Made by a program: the position numbers and the translations under genes. The notes beneath the pieces are model-generated. The model saw only the letters and a list, made by a program, of their open reading frames with translations. It did not search any database and was not told the DNA's origin. From Camelus dromedarius (taxonomy: Eukaryota), in contig NC_087437.1 in NCBI RefSeq assembly GCF_036321535.1, positions 102,674,001-102,738,000 of the forward strand: a stretch of DNA of 64,000 bases. The letters run 5' to 3'. Below are positions 1 to 13,614 of the stretch, in pieces (position 1 is the stretch's first letter; each line of letters begins with the position of its first letter).

Positions 1-251
1 AAATCACCATGTAACTAAATTGGGAGGATGAGTGCATTCAAATAGGTGATGAGGAGGGAAGTAAAGAGAGTTAATTCTTCATCTTCTATGTTGGGAAATC
101 AATGATGTTTAAAACTGAAAAAAAATCAAAGTATAATCACATAATTTAGCCTTAAAGAAGTAAATTAAAAAATAGTGAGCTGTCATTCTAAGTGAAGTAA
201 ACTAGAAAGAGAAAGAAAAATACCATATGATATCACTTATATGTGAAATCT

Positions 252-282
<31 letters not shown>

Positions 283-770
283 GACAAATGAACTTATTTA
301 CAAAACAGAAACAGACACACAGACATGGAAAACAAACTTATGGTTACCAGGGAGGGAAGGGGTTGGGAAGGGATAAATTGGGAGTTCAAGATTTGCAGAT
401 ACTAATATATATAAAATAGATAAACAACAAGTTAATACTGTATAGCACAGGGAACTGTATTCAATATCTTATAACAACTTATGGTGAAAAAGAATATCAA
501 AACAAATATATGTATGTTCCTATATGACCAAAGTATTGTGCTGTACACCAGAAATTGACACAACATTGTAAACTGACTATACTTCAATAAAAATATATTT
601 AAAAATGAAAAAAAGAACTGGTAATACATTAAAAAAATGATCTAACTGAAAGAAAAACTTAGAAGAGGAAAATATAGGGAGTGGGTGGCAGAAAGCACTT
701 TTTCATAATCTTGTAGAATTATTTTTCTTTTTAAGTTCTATGTATAAATAACTGACATTAAAGGCAGCTT
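1..770 (+). mobile_element. Ancient L1MC-type LINE 3' remnant (about 1-180 and 640-770), split by a younger L1
   Basis: Segments ttcttcatcttctatgttgggaaatcaatgatgtttaaaactgaaaaa and tttttcataatcttgtagaattattt resemble consecutive parts of the recalled L1MC3/4 3' consensus. Confidence 0.5.
181..615 (+). mobile_element. Young 5'-truncated L1: ORF2 C-terminus, 3'UTR and A-rich tail
   Basis: Encodes VILSEVN*KEKEKYHMISLICEI* (ORF2 end, stop at 251-253); tail ctgtacaccagaaattgacacaacattgtaaactgactatacttcaataaaa; internal A25 at 252-276. Confidence 0.93.
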
Positions 771-3700
771 AAAATATTAATATCACCATTTTAATTTTAA
801 ATTAAATTAGGTTAAATTTGAAAAGCATTATCCAAACCACCCTTTAGTTTGTTTCACGTTTTTTTTTCATAAATTATGTAGGAACAATTTGGAGAAATGA
901 AACATTGATCATGATGACGAGCTAATGCAAAATATCATATAAAATAATGAAAGAAAAAATACAATGTGCGGTATAGGAACACTTTTGCTATTTACTATAA
1001 ACACGTTTTCTCTACAATTCAAATACAGCGTGGCTATCATTTAGCCAGAACATTAGGTTCTTTAAGATGTTACCTGTAATGACAGAAAATCATCTCTTTA
1101 TTTATTCCTCCCTCGAACATATTCATCTTTAAGAGTGTCCCTTTTTGTAACAAACATCTTCCTTTTATTAGTAGTGAAATCTAACTTCTCAATAAAACAC
1201 ATGCTGCCTTTCCGGGGTATTCTTTTCAATAAAGATTGCATTTCTTTATTTAAGTGCTTGAGTTTGAATCAGATGTGGATTTGACTGGAACCAGAAACCA
1301 AGATTCCTTAAGAGTCAAGCTTAATATGTTTTCATGCCTACTACACATGTCAGTAAATAATAATTCTGTGAGAGATTAATGGTCATAGTGCATATACCAG
1401 CACACCGTTTATAAATGCTGAAATCACTGATCTAGAGTTTCACGTAGACATTGTCTCTAAACCTACCACTATTCACGTCTGAGAGTTTTTAAGTTGTCTG
1501 TTATGAATTAGTAGGCTCTAGTTAACAGTCTGTATTTTTACTTTTTTATTTCTTGGGGGAGACAATGACTGGAGGTGGTAATTTAAACATTATGACATAA
1601 ATTCTAAACTTGATACGATACTATTTGATGCTATATTTCATCTATCTTACTTAAAAAACAAATAACAAAAGCTCTTGCAACGTATCATTCCAAATTTTAA
1701 TTTGATTGTAAACTAAAATAAAAGTTTGGGAGTTTTTAACGAATGTAAATATTCCCCCTTCCATCTCTCAGAAAAAGAAAAAAGGCAGTTTTACTGCTTT
1801 CACTTTAGTATGTTACACTTAATCTAAAAATACACCTAACGAAAGATGCCTACAGAGAAACAAGAGGAGCAGCTGTGTCCAGTTGTTCTTTCGATAGCAG
1901 TTCTGACCTGCACGTCTCTTTTGTCTCCTGCACAGAGATCTTTTTTGTATCCCTTTCCTGACGGCCAGTGCCTACTTTCAAATTCAAAGTCAGGCAGGTG
2001 TGCAGTTCCAGCCCCACTCGTAGTTCTGTACTTTGGCCCCATCCCTAAATTCTGGAAATGTCTATCTTATTTTTAAGTCCAATAAGGATATCTTTTTATG
2101 TTCTCATTTCAATTTTTTACTATCAATTTGTGCATTTATGGCACCATTATATAGATACAAAGGATGAGCTTACTCAGCTATCCACACCCAGATTTGGTGT
2201 AAATATATTAATGAAATTAACATATATTATATAATAGATATCCTTCAGAAAAGCTTTCCAATTTGTCCACCAGCAGTTAACAAGTACTCATTTTTTTACC
2301 CTAACAAGGCACTGACAATTATCATATTTAGAAGTATTTTCGACATGACTGAGCAGTTGGAAATTGAACTTAACATTGTTCCAACTTGTAAAATTACACA
2401 TTTAATCATTATATTCTTAGCTTTGATTCAAATAAAGGCTAATATCATGTAAAGTATGGGTAGGGAAATTAAATCCTGGAGGCAGAATATCAAGAATTAC
2501 TGGTTTGGAAAGGTTTCTGAAAAAGATGTTAGAGTGTACATACTATGAAAGATGGAAATAAGTTCACCTTCGGTATTTTTTTTTTTTTTCCCTTAAATAG
2601 CTGCTTTAGAAATGGTTCTTCGAGAAAGTTGTTGGGAGCGTGGCTAGAAAAGATGCAACACTAAAGTGTAGGGAACTGCCTACCATTCCCTGGATACAGC
2701 TATTTATTTCTTTACTGGTTCCACTATCAGGACTGCAGATATGCTGATAGGGTCATTTGGGAGATGTGTTCATTCATAACCTGCCTGAAAATTTCATGAC
2801 GTTTTTATGGTGAAAAAAATATGAGTTGTTCCCTTAGTGCATATTTGTACATGTATATATAATCCAAAATAACAGGTCTCTCACCTTTGGTATTTAAAGC
2901 CTCTCTCTTTTATCAGCCTGCAAATTTTTTTTTTCCCTGTACTATATGTCATTTGCTTTTCTACTTTGTTTCTTTCAGGTATTTTTCCCCTATTTTACTC
3001 ATTTTCTACTCCTTCAGCCCTCTTATTGATCCTCAGTCGTTCTCAAAGTTAAATCATCTGAAATCTAAAACTTCTCGGCAACAGAGACAGCATTTTTAAA
3101 ATCTACAAAAGCAGCACTTTAAATTTTAGAGGCTTCCCCCTCCTCTTTCTGAGTAACAGTAAATCTGGTTGATATTAGTTTTAGACTGCTCGCGTTAGAG
3201 CAACTTGGAAGACTGCATTCGTTAAAGACTTTTGATGAGAATGGAGTTTTCTTAAATCCATTTTCGCAATGGCTAACTTGTAATGTACTCAAGCAGCAGA
3301 AACTAAGTGTTATTCTCTAGAGGACATAAATTATTCAGAGTGGAAGAACATGTAAAACTATTGGAGGAAAATTGGTAAAAAGAGAGAGAGACTGATAATA
3401 CATTCAGATCTCAGACTGAGTCTAGAATAGAGTTTGACTCTGGGAAATTATAGTTCTCTAAGCTTTGGTATTTTCATCCATAGAACTAAGGAGTCAGATC
3501 TGTTAATTAGCAAAAATTTCTCCTGGTTCAAAAAAAATTATAATTTCAAGAACTACTTCCAACAAAACTCATGTAGATACTGATTCATCATTGAGAAAGA
3601 TGAAAATTGTTAACTCTTTTTTACAGAAATACATTATGTTCGTGTTAAAAATAAAACAAAATGAAAAAAATCCTCACTTAAATTCCTATTTAATACTGCA

Positions 3701-4299
3701 ACTTCTCAGCTAACTTATATGTGTTTTCAGGCATCCATGGGAAAGTAACCCCCCATCCTGAGAATCCATTACTAAAAAGACATAATGTATGTCAAATATG
3801 AATATATTTTGAAACACTATTGAATACTAGAATCTAAAGAATATTTGCTTGATTTATATTTCAGGTGCTTATTGTCAAAAAAAATCATTACATTTTTGGA
3901 AACTACTTTTAGTTGAAAAAAATGACAGTGGGATAATTGAAGCAGGTAAGTACATCTAGTTCCACGAAAAATGCCTGAATGCAAAGATATGTCTAATATG
4001 AAGAGGATGCCAAGTGTTAATTTTATAGTCTGGTATTGAAATGAAGAACAACTGCTTATTTCTTTATATCATGTATGACATTTATAATTCAAAATTGTAT
4101 GTGAATTTGGACTCTAAGACATTGAGAAGTCTCACAGGAAATTCAAACTTGCTACTTTACACCCAGACTTCATAGATCTACAGCTCTCACTTAAGCAAAC
4201 ATTCCTCAAGTCAGCCTCACTTAAACCAGTATTCACATAATTAGGATTATGTTTGTGCTTCTGTTTTAAAGTATAATATTTGCTGCATTAAACTGTAGA

Positions 4300-4442
4300 C
4301 ACTGTCTCTGAGATACAGATATGACCTCCGAAATCTTAGTTTGCTTGAGGCCCTGCAGCTAGTACATCATCAAAGGAAGAATATGAACACAGGCATCTTT
4401 TCCTTACAGTCCAAGCTTTTAATCACTGTGCTGCACCACCTC
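4300..4442 (-). mobile_element. MIR SINE fragment
   Basis: cagctagta...agtccaagcttttaatcactgtgctgcaccacctc matches the antisense MIR 5' half. Confidence 0.6.
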
Positions 4443-6224
4443 TGAATCATAGATGTAAGAAAAGAAGCTTCAACATTTTCTGTATCTATAACCATAACTC
4501 AGTATCCAAGTCTAGTTTGATCGTGGATGATTTTATATAAACTAAGTAAGCATTAGATGAAAGATACTTCATTTTATGGGGAGAAACTCAAAAGCTCAGA
4601 AAATACAGCAGGCACCCTAAGGGTCATCGGAAACAGAAAAAAAATCAAATATATTTTCTCTTTTCTTTTTCAGATGAAGTTTAAAATGAACCAAATTTTA
4701 AATGAAATGTAAGAATTAGGCAAGATAAGTGATATCCATACGGTCCAGGGTTTACCCCATGGCTGAGGACCTTACTCCGAATCCTACAAATGATGTTGGA
4801 GGTGTGTCTCCAGAGAAACAGAGAAAGCCAATGGGCGATTTTGTTCTTCACTTTAGAATAGGAAAGCGATGGAATGAGGGATTAAAAATGTAAAACAAGG
4901 AAAGAATAACTGATGGCAGACTTTCCCAGAGCAGGCATTAACATCCAGAACTTCTGGATTATTTTTTTAAAGGACTACCACCAGGGAAAGAGAAGAGAGT
5001 GAGTGAGAATTGATGAGATAAAGGAGAGCAAATTCTGAATTGCTGGCACTTGGTGTGGGTGACTGTTTTTGATTAGTGAAAGCAAAGTCTTTCATTCTGT
5101 GAAATTGTCATGACAGTGTGTTGAGTAATCCTTCCTAAATGAAGAAAACTCTCTCAATGAATATTTAATATTTCTCTTGAAAAATTCAAAATCCTTCTGA
5201 TGTACATTGTTATAATTAAACCAAAAAGTAAGAACCCCCCCCAAAAGGGACCATCAAATTTCCATTTGATGTTTGCTTTAAAAAATGGGAGGGCATGAAC
5301 TATCAAATAATAGATCCGCTGACCTAAGTGTCACTTTGTTTCCATGATTATGCTAAGGTTAAATAAAATCTTCACTTTATTTGATAATTACAGGCAGCAG
5401 ACACGACATAGTTATTAAAAAGTCAGAAAGGTTATGCATTAAATCTAACAGCCTTATGGGATGCCAAGAGTATTTTCACCTCATTTTTAAAGTTCATAAG
5501 TGACAAGTAGTGCATGTTCTACAACAGAATAAAATCTTTCTCATTTTCCTTTGATCTAAAAATGAGAGTATTTATGTACTGTAAATCTACGGCATGATGT
5601 GAAACAGTAAAGATCTGAGCAGGGAGAAGTAAGTGTGCTTTCATCCTTAATGCCTGCTATGAACAGGCACAGTGGACCCATACGATGTCACCCTTGGAGA
5701 GTGGCCTTCATTAGAGTTCTAATAGAACTAAAAAGGAGGCTGTCTACTGCCAAAACCACAATCAGTCATCCTGGGGACAGACACAAGCCAAAGGCAACAA
5801 GCTGTGGCCTGAGCACCACCTTATCAGTGTTCTCTCAGGTTGGTGCTGGGAGAATATGGAGCTTATAATAAATAGCACCAGAAAAAGTTGGAAATTCACT
5901 GTGTAAAGAACATAGGTAAGGCAGGGTGGCATGGTCGGTCAACACAGGCTTCCATCACACACAGTGCTACAGGGCTTCCCTGGTGCTTTGTGAAGTGTCT
6001 TCTTGTTCTGTAGTTTGAGGCTGAGGAACTGTGATGACTGTGTTGTGAAGGCCATGCACCCTCTCCTCTGTTTCCATGCATTAAATCCATACAAATTATC
6101 CCAGTGTGCCCCTTCTCTTGCCTGGAAAAAGAGCTAGCCAATTATACCAAAAATATTAAAAAATGTTGAATTAGCAAGCAGAAAATCTAATATACAACTT
6201 TTTCTCTACTGTTAAAAAGGTAGC

Positions 6225-6320
6225 ATGAGGCAAATCAAATCATTAAAACCCCAAGGCCTCAATGTTCTTATGTATAAAATGGGGCTAATAGGAAGTACAT
6301 GCCTTACCTACCTCAAAGAC
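6225..6320 (+). mobile_element. MIR core fragment
   Basis: gcctcaatgttcttatgtataaaatggggctaata...cctacctca. Confidence 0.65.
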
Positions 6321-6999
6321 AATGCAAATAAAATATAGTATACAATTTTGTTTTAATTGAGGATATTATTAAGATGTTAGCTGAACTATTTTATAGACCT
6401 AGAAAAGTCTAGAACTTCAAAGATCACAAATCAAAAGGGCTTCCCTGTATAGAGACAAGAGGGCAGGTAGTTATTCATCTTGTTTTCTATCCATAATGTG
6501 TCTGAACTGTTTACATGGCTACCTCTGTTTCTGAAAGACAAAACAGTATACATTTTAAGAAAGAAAAGGTTTTTCAATATAATTTCTAACCAGCTTAATT
6601 TTTTAGCAAAATGATAAAAATCTACATATATAATTTAATCTTAAGAGTTTGGAATTAGGAACCCAACAGTACGAACTGTGGGTTTCATCAATAAATTTAG
6701 GGCTTTTGGTCACATGGGGCCCTATAACTCTGATAGGATGGCATCCTACTACCTCATGGGGAGACTCCATTCCGATGAAAAGTGGGCCTAATACAATTTG
6801 GCTCAAGGTTTTTCCAATCTTAGACTGCAACACGTAGGACAGTACCTGTCCCTCCATGCAAATCGCTGACATGTGAGAAATCATTATGGAATTTGTTGAT
6901 GATAGATTATTTAGAACACAGCTGTGATTTAGAGACATAGAGTATATAACAGATAATCAGAGCAAACACATTGATTCTTTGGGTGACAGGATCTTCTAA

Positions 7000-7665
7000 C
7001 TGCTTTTCATGTATGAACTCAGTCCTCATAGCTACCCTGAGGGATAATGTATTAATTTCCTGTTGCTGCTCTAACAAATTACCATGATCTTACTGGCCCC
7101 AACAACACAAATTTATTTTCTTATGGTTCTAGGGGTCAGAAACCTTAAGTGAGTCTTATGAGATTAAAATCAAGATGTCAGCAAGGCCAGCTCCTTCTGG
7201 AGGCTCCAGGAGAGAATCCCTTCCTTGTCTCTTCCACCCTCTAGAGGTTTTTGTTATTCTTTGGCTTCTGGCCACATCACCCTAATGTCTGCCTCTATGT
7301 CACATCACTTTTTCCTCTTCTGAAGCCAAATCTCCCTCTTATAAGAATACTTGTGATTGCACTGAACTGACTCGACTAATCCAGTATAATCTCCCCCTTT
7401 CAAGATGATCACGTCTGCAAGGTCTCTTTTACCATCGAAAGTAGCATATTCACAGGTTCTGGGGATCCAGACATTGACATAGTTGGGGAAACATTATTCT
7501 ATCAACTAAAGATAACTGTAATTCTCCTCATCTTATAAATAAATGAGAAAACTAAGGCTTAGAAAGAGATCACATAATTTAGGTAAGATTATTCAGCTAG
7601 GAAAATGGTAGAGCCTGAAATCCCATACAGTTCAGTCTCAAGCTCTTGACCGTCATGCCATTCTG
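7000..7665 (-). mobile_element. MIR interrupted by an MLT1D LTR
   Basis: tcctcatagctaccctga (left) continues as atgagaaaactaaggcttagaaag...cagctaggaaatggtagagc (right) on the far side of the LTR. Confidence 0.75.
7048..7510 (-). mobile_element. MLT1D-type MaLR solo LTR
   Basis: tgtattaatttcctgttgctgctctaacaaattacc...aaaatcaagatgtcagcaaggc...cacaggttctggggat; 5-bp TSD GATAA at 7043-7047 and 7511-7515. Confidence 0.92.
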
Positions 7666-7999
7666 CTTTGACGCAAACTGAAGGGGAATAAAGCCCTAAA
7701 TGGGAAACCTGGGCTGATGCATTGTAACCCTCCTCTCTAGACAGGGATTCTATGCCACAATATTGGGTCTAGCCTGAAATGGGCTCTCTGAGGGTGGATG
7801 GCTAGCTTCTTTTTCTCTCTGTCCTCATTAGTGTATACATCAATAGTCCCCAGACCCCTTTGGTGACTTTTATCTCCTTTGCTTCGGTGTCCTGATAACA
7901 TGGAGCAACCAAGCCAGACTTCTTGTGATGCTTTTACTGCAGAGAGTCTATTTTTGTGTCCCTGTAATAGCAGAGCCGCATGTTCCCTGTTCTCCATGG

Positions 8000-8178
8000 T
8001 TGTGTTTCTCGCTCTTTTGTGTGTGCCCAGATCACCCCGGGGGTTTAGTATAAAAGTGACTGCTTGGACCAACAGCAGACCTGCTCAATCAGAATCTCCC
8101 AATGTGGAGCCCAGCCAGGGATGTCTGAACAAGTTTTTTTCTGATTATTCCAACACACACCAAATTATGAAAGTCACT
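8000..8178. mobile_element. MER5-type hAT MITE
   Basis: cagacctgctcaatcagaatctccc...gtggagccca...aacaag...tgattattc...ttatgaaagtcact. Confidence 0.65.
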
Positions 8179-8209
8179 TAGGATTATGTCTTGATTCATC
8201 ATCTAAAAG

Positions 8210-8419
8210 CATTTGTTCAACATTTCGTTTCCCAAAGGACATTTGCCAACACATTTGGAGATATTTTCTGTTGTCACAAATGAGGAAGTGCTAAGTGGCA
8301 TCTGGTGGGTGGAGACCATGGGTATCACTAAACATCCTACAATGCCCCAAGCAGACCCCCACAACAAGTGATTTCCCAGCCCCCCACAACAAGTGATTTC
8401 CCAGCCCCAAAGAAACCTG
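8210..8419 (+). mobile_element. MER20 hAT MITE with internal 25-bp tandem duplication
   Basis: ggacatttgcca...ttgtcacaa...tggcatctggtgggtggagacca...ctaaacatcctacaatgc; cccccacaacaagtgatttcccagc twice at 8356-8405. Confidence 0.88.
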
Positions 8420-8844
8420 TTCTAAAATGATGTGAGAAGATATGAGATCTTATTTTTTTAACATATGTCTTGTCTTCCTCTGTTCAAACATGCTTCTTGA
8501 CATCAATAACTGCATTCAGCTTTGACTTTGAAGTAAAAGAAAAAGAGAGAAAACTGGATGAGTAAAGGTTGAAAATCTTTCTACACGTCTAGGGCTGCGA
8601 AATAGTAAAATTTCTATGTTAGTATTTTAAACACATTTTATAAAGAGTAATTCAATATTCTACTGTCCCCCCCAAAGTAAAAAGAACTCTAGGAAATAGC
8701 TGAATACCCTATCCTTCTCTAATTGTGGTCCACTGCCATTGTGTGAATGGTTTCCAGTCTCTGTTACGATTAGCAACAGACTGTGAGCATTTACCCATTT
8801 TTATGGCCATTGGTCCTTGCCAGAATAGCTCAGCTTGACTTTCA

Positions 8845-8935
8845 GTCTTGGTTCTGTCTGTTCCTTATAAGCTGTGGGTCCATGTGCAAGTTAACTAATT
8901 CTCCAATCCTCAGTTCCCTCATCTATAAAATGATT
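8845..8935 (+). mobile_element. MIR core fragment
   Basis: agctgtgggtccatgtgcaagttaactaa...cctcagttccctcatctataaaatg. Confidence 0.75.
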
Positions 8936-9629
8936 GCTGATTTCACAAACTCCAACATCGCTTAGATTTTTGTGTTTCTCCATGACAAAAGAGACTGATA
9001 TGTGTATGAAACTCCATCTGTTTCATTGGAAATTATCTTTATTGAGAACTTGCTATGCACCTAGTACTGTTTGGCATTTTATACAGCCTCCCCAAACCAC
9101 ACACTTTTTTTTATATAACAAATCTAAAAAGAAGACAACATGTTTTGTATTCTAAAAGGGACTACACACACTCTTGCCTTCTAAGAGGTGGGAGGACAAA
9201 CCATAAGTGAGTAAATAAATCTCTGTGCTGCTGACATTCTGTTGGTAGAAGAACATAAGACATTTTAATTTTATATCTTTTCCTAGTTATACGGTTCAAA
9301 GGTGAGAACGTCTGTAGTGATTTTTATTTTGAAGAGCAGACAGTTTCAATAAGAGTAAGTCTGCTAATTATAATTAAATAATGCAACAAAAATTCTATTA
9401 TTGATTTGTGGAGTTTGGGACACTGAAATACAACAGCCAACAGAACAGAAAAAGCCCATGCTTTCTGAGGTTAATGTTCTGGTGGCAAGAGACAAAAAAA
9501 AAAAAAAAATTTTGGAACACTTCAGATCCAGGGAATATGTGGAAACCCTGGGAAGGGCCTTGGACTTCACACTGGATATGGAGTAGGCTGATTGAGACCA
9601 TTTTTTTCTGAATTACAAATGGCTAGATT

Positions 9630-9810
9630 GCATAAATACTTTGAGTTAGATTTGAGTTGCTCATATATTACAGATGAAGAAACTGAGATTTGATGATGGG
9701 GATTAAGAGATTTGCTCATAGATACACAAATATTAAGTGTTAGATCAAAGAATGTAATTCAGTTTTACCTGATCCTCAAACCAGGATCCTAATTATCTTT
9801 CTGTACTATA
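9630..9810 (-). mobile_element. MIR
   Basis: ttacagatgaagaaactgagat...gattaagagatttgctcatagatacaca. Confidence 0.75.
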
Positions 9811-11829
9811 TTCATTTGTGATGAGGAATACAGTGGAAGTTAAATTGCTTGCCTTAGTAGTATTTTGCATATCAAAAGGTGGACCATGCTTAAGAAAACT
9901 TAATGTGGTCTATAACTAGAAATGTCATATTAATTGAATAATATCTCTCATTGTGAGTTCCACTTACATGTTACTATTTTCTTATTTGGTCTTACTCGTC
10001 CATTGTGTTTTAAATAAAAGTAAAACAAATAAATGATTTGCAAAACTAATTATAATGCTTAGAGTTATGTAGCATCTACTAAGATTCAGGTCCTATTCCA
10101 AAAACTGCATATGTATTTTTACTAATTTTCACAGTAACCCTGCAAAGCAATGTTATTAGTTTTTTTTTTATTATCTGAGATAACTGGTATTTTCCAAAAT
10201 TCCCACAAATAGTAACAAAATTAAGATCCAAACCTAGGTCTATAGGTTGTGAAAGGTAAAAGCAGAAAGTTTTGGATTTTGAAATATAAGTGGTTTTGAA
10301 ATTTTGTATGTTTTAGTCAATGTCACCATGTACAAATCTGAGGGATCCAAAGAAAAAATAATAATCATAAAATAGAATTTTATTATTAAAATTTACAAAA
10401 GTAAAGAAATATTCAATAATCAAATATTAAGTTTCATTTTTTAAAGGTTATAATGTTTATACTTCTGAAGTTACTAAAGCTTAATCCTGCACAGAGACTT
10501 TCAGGACAGCTGCATTACTACTTTTACTGTCTCTACTTACAATCTAGAGTAATCAATAGATAGTCAAGCATTGCTCATAACAGAAATAAATTAAAAAAAA
10601 TTAGTTAAGGAAAAGTGGTAGAATGTGCCTAGGTGTAGCCAAGCAACCTGGTCATTTAACGTCCCCAAAGGTTACACCAAGCGTATGACTTTATTTTGAC
10701 ATTTGACTCAAAATCATTTTACTTTTAGGCATAACATTGGTTGTTGTTGCTTTAATGAATATGCATAATTACTCTTATGACTCTTATTTTTAATTATTTT
10801 ATACTTATAGAAAATCTGGGTACCTTCAATATCTAACATTTTTTAAAATTAGGCAGCAGTGCAATTCATCTTTTGCAAAAAGATGCCACAGGCAAAGCTA
10901 TTAAAAATCTCTGTAATTCTGCACACTCCACCTGTTTGTAAGGTAGAACATTAAAAGGCAATTTGCTACATGTGGGTTGAATTTCAAGACAAATAATATT
11001 TACAAATATGAGCAATTAAATTGAAATTGGTTCATTTTAGTTATAGTGCTTTGCCATATGACATTCCATCTATAAATATAAAATGTAAATTCTTTTAAGT
11101 GCAACCAAATTTTTGGGGTGAAGGGGCAATTCTCTGGAATGCAATTGAAAGCAAAATTTATGAATGAGAAAACAGACTTCATGAAAACCATGACTTAAGC
11201 AAAATACTTTGCAATTTAAAATGAAAATTGTATTTATAGTTTGCATTGTGACTTCAGTGAATTTCAAATACTCTCAGTGTAAACATTTACCGAAATCATG
11301 TCTCTGTTTTAAATACTGGGCTGTGAAGAAGAAAATAAAACAGAAATCACAGGAAATTTTTGAATGCATAATTTTACTAACAAACTTTCTTTGAGTCTTG
11401 TATATCCTCTTCAAAATAAAAGACATACTTACCTCTCTATACTGACACTATCATAGTTATGATATGTTGAACAATTAAATATTTATGGAGGAGAATAATA
11501 ATTCTTATTGAAAACTGTATCCCATCAAATTAATTATCAGTTTAAAATGAAATTTTTTTCACTTTTTTTTAATACAAAAATTATCCTCTTCGTTATGATG
11601 GCTGTTTGTATAATAAAAACTTGTTGTGAGGATGGAAACTGAGAGATCTTGGGGGGTGGAGCAGGAACACTTGGTCCCAAGAATGACCATGACCTCATTA
11701 GACACAGTAATCTCCACACACATCAATCTACGTGCAACCCTCTCTTTGCTCTGTCTTCTGTACAGACATTTCTTTCATATGTTTAAATAGCTGGGGTGTG
11801 TATTTCTCTATTTCCTCTTTGCAATTCAA

Positions 11830-12105
11830 GACAATCTCAAAATTATCCACTTAAAAAATCTTACCTCTCCCACTCTCTCCCACATCAGACCTGGTTAAGT
11901 GCCTCTTACTAGAAATTTCATAATGCCTAGTATTTTTCAGTATGATAACAGTTATTACCCGGAGCTATAAACACTTTTAACATTAAAATTAAATGCTCTC
12001 TTAAATCAAAAAAGAACTCTTTGAAGATGAAGATTATTTATTTTATATCAGAAACACTAGTACCCTATCACAATAGTTGACATTTTGAAGAAGCTTGGAA
12101 TTTTA
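11830..12105 (+). mobile_element. L2 3' remnant
   Basis: Degenerate L2 3' pattern: ctggttaagtgcctctt...aactctttgaagatgaagaattattt...ctagtaccc. Confidence 0.45.
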
Positions 12106-12169
12106 GGATTAAAAATGACATTTTTTCCCATAAATGTTGTTGCATGGCCCATACATTTGATAACATACA

Positions 12170-12360
12170 AGTAGGTATATGTATAGATAAACACCTATTT
12201 GTATATTATCAATTGCATAGTTAATATATATACACATATACATACATTGATATGTACTATATATGCATATACATAACATACACACATATATAGTGACATA
12301 CATACACGTGAATATGCATGCATATGTGTTGTGTTTATATAAAATCACATGTGAATATAT
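12170..12360. repeat. Degenerate (TA)n/(CATA)n low-complexity tract
   Basis: tatatatacacatatacatacattgatatgtactatatatgcatatacataacatacacacatatata. Confidence 0.8.
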
Positions 12361-13614
12361 TTCTTCTAACCTGGATATTTATTGGTTCTTGTTAAATCAG
12401 GACACCTGGCATGTCCTTGATCTTTGGATGGCCTCCAAGCGACAGAAGAAATCAAAGGTATGGTTGAAACTCATTTTTAAAACGTTACAGAAATTTTTAA
12501 ATGCACCGTGACTGCACATAAAAATTGAGTACTCACCTAGATGAGCATTATATGAATTATTATTTTTGTGCTAATGAACACATTTACTCAGAAGGATGAA
12601 ATATGTGAGAAATGGCCATTCACTATAAAATTAATGAAACAGAAGAAATTCCCCTTTGAAATCTACTGCTTTTTTAAAATTCAGCATAGATATTGAGATT
12701 CGAATTTTTATGTGCAGCTTCTTCAGGTTTCGTACTGCATATATCACTGTTGTCCATCAGTAACTGAAGATTTTGCTGCCTACACTATTATCTGGAGTTT
12801 CATGTGAACATGAAAAGGTGAGAATAAATGTGAGGAATGATACAGCACCCCTGGAGGGAGCCAAGCTTTTTATTTTCATAAGTGCTTATTTTCAGATGCC
12901 TCATGAAGGTTAAATACTTTCCAAAACTTCATTACAGTTTGGATTTTGGAAAGTCTGTCCTGGAAGTAAATGTGTAGATCAGTTCTTCATCAACACCATG
13001 GTAAAAGAGATCACTGTGGGTGCCCTGTGTCTCATGATTGTGGAAACTAAAGTTGTCTTACAGGCAGGCTCAGAGGAGAAAATTAACCCTAGACATATTT
13101 AATGAAGTAAGATTTTCTTATGTAAATAAAAATGATTAAGCTTTACTTGTTGTATGCTTTTCCAATATGTGTGTGTATGTTCATGTGTGTGTATATATGT
13201 GTCTCCTTGGGCCTAATTTTTGGGATTAATATTTTAGAAAAGACTGCATTTCATCTTACGTTGGACTTAGAAAATTAAAGCCTAAGGGTAAAGGCATGAT
13301 TTGTTTACCATAGGCAAACATTTGGTTTGGATATTTGCACTAAAATAGCAATGAATATTACTGAGTATATAAGGTAGACTGAAGGCTAACCTGGTGTCAA
13401 AAAAAAAAAAAAAAAAGGTAGTTGCAAAAAAAAAGAAGCAGTTGCTTGTAAAAATGATTGGTACTTCGGCACTGTTACACAAAGTTAATCAAGGGTTCAG
13501 CTTGTTACTCCTGCATCACATAGGTGGTGATCCTCTTCTGCATTACTAAGAGTAAATCCAGTCATTTTCTAATGCCAGCTCACAGCAAGAAAGAGAGACA
13601 GTGGGTTACCTCAT

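Noticed and set aside
2952..2984. Strong acceptor directly followed by GT (tttcag|GTATTT), resembling a recursive splice site
   Set aside because: The reconstituted donor GTATTT is weak compared with the GTAAG/GTGAG typical of recursive sites
4674..4708. 35-nt candidate exon (ctttttcag / AAT|GTAAGA)
   Set aside because: Weaker donor; not frame-preserving and gives an immediate stop when joined to 3865-3945
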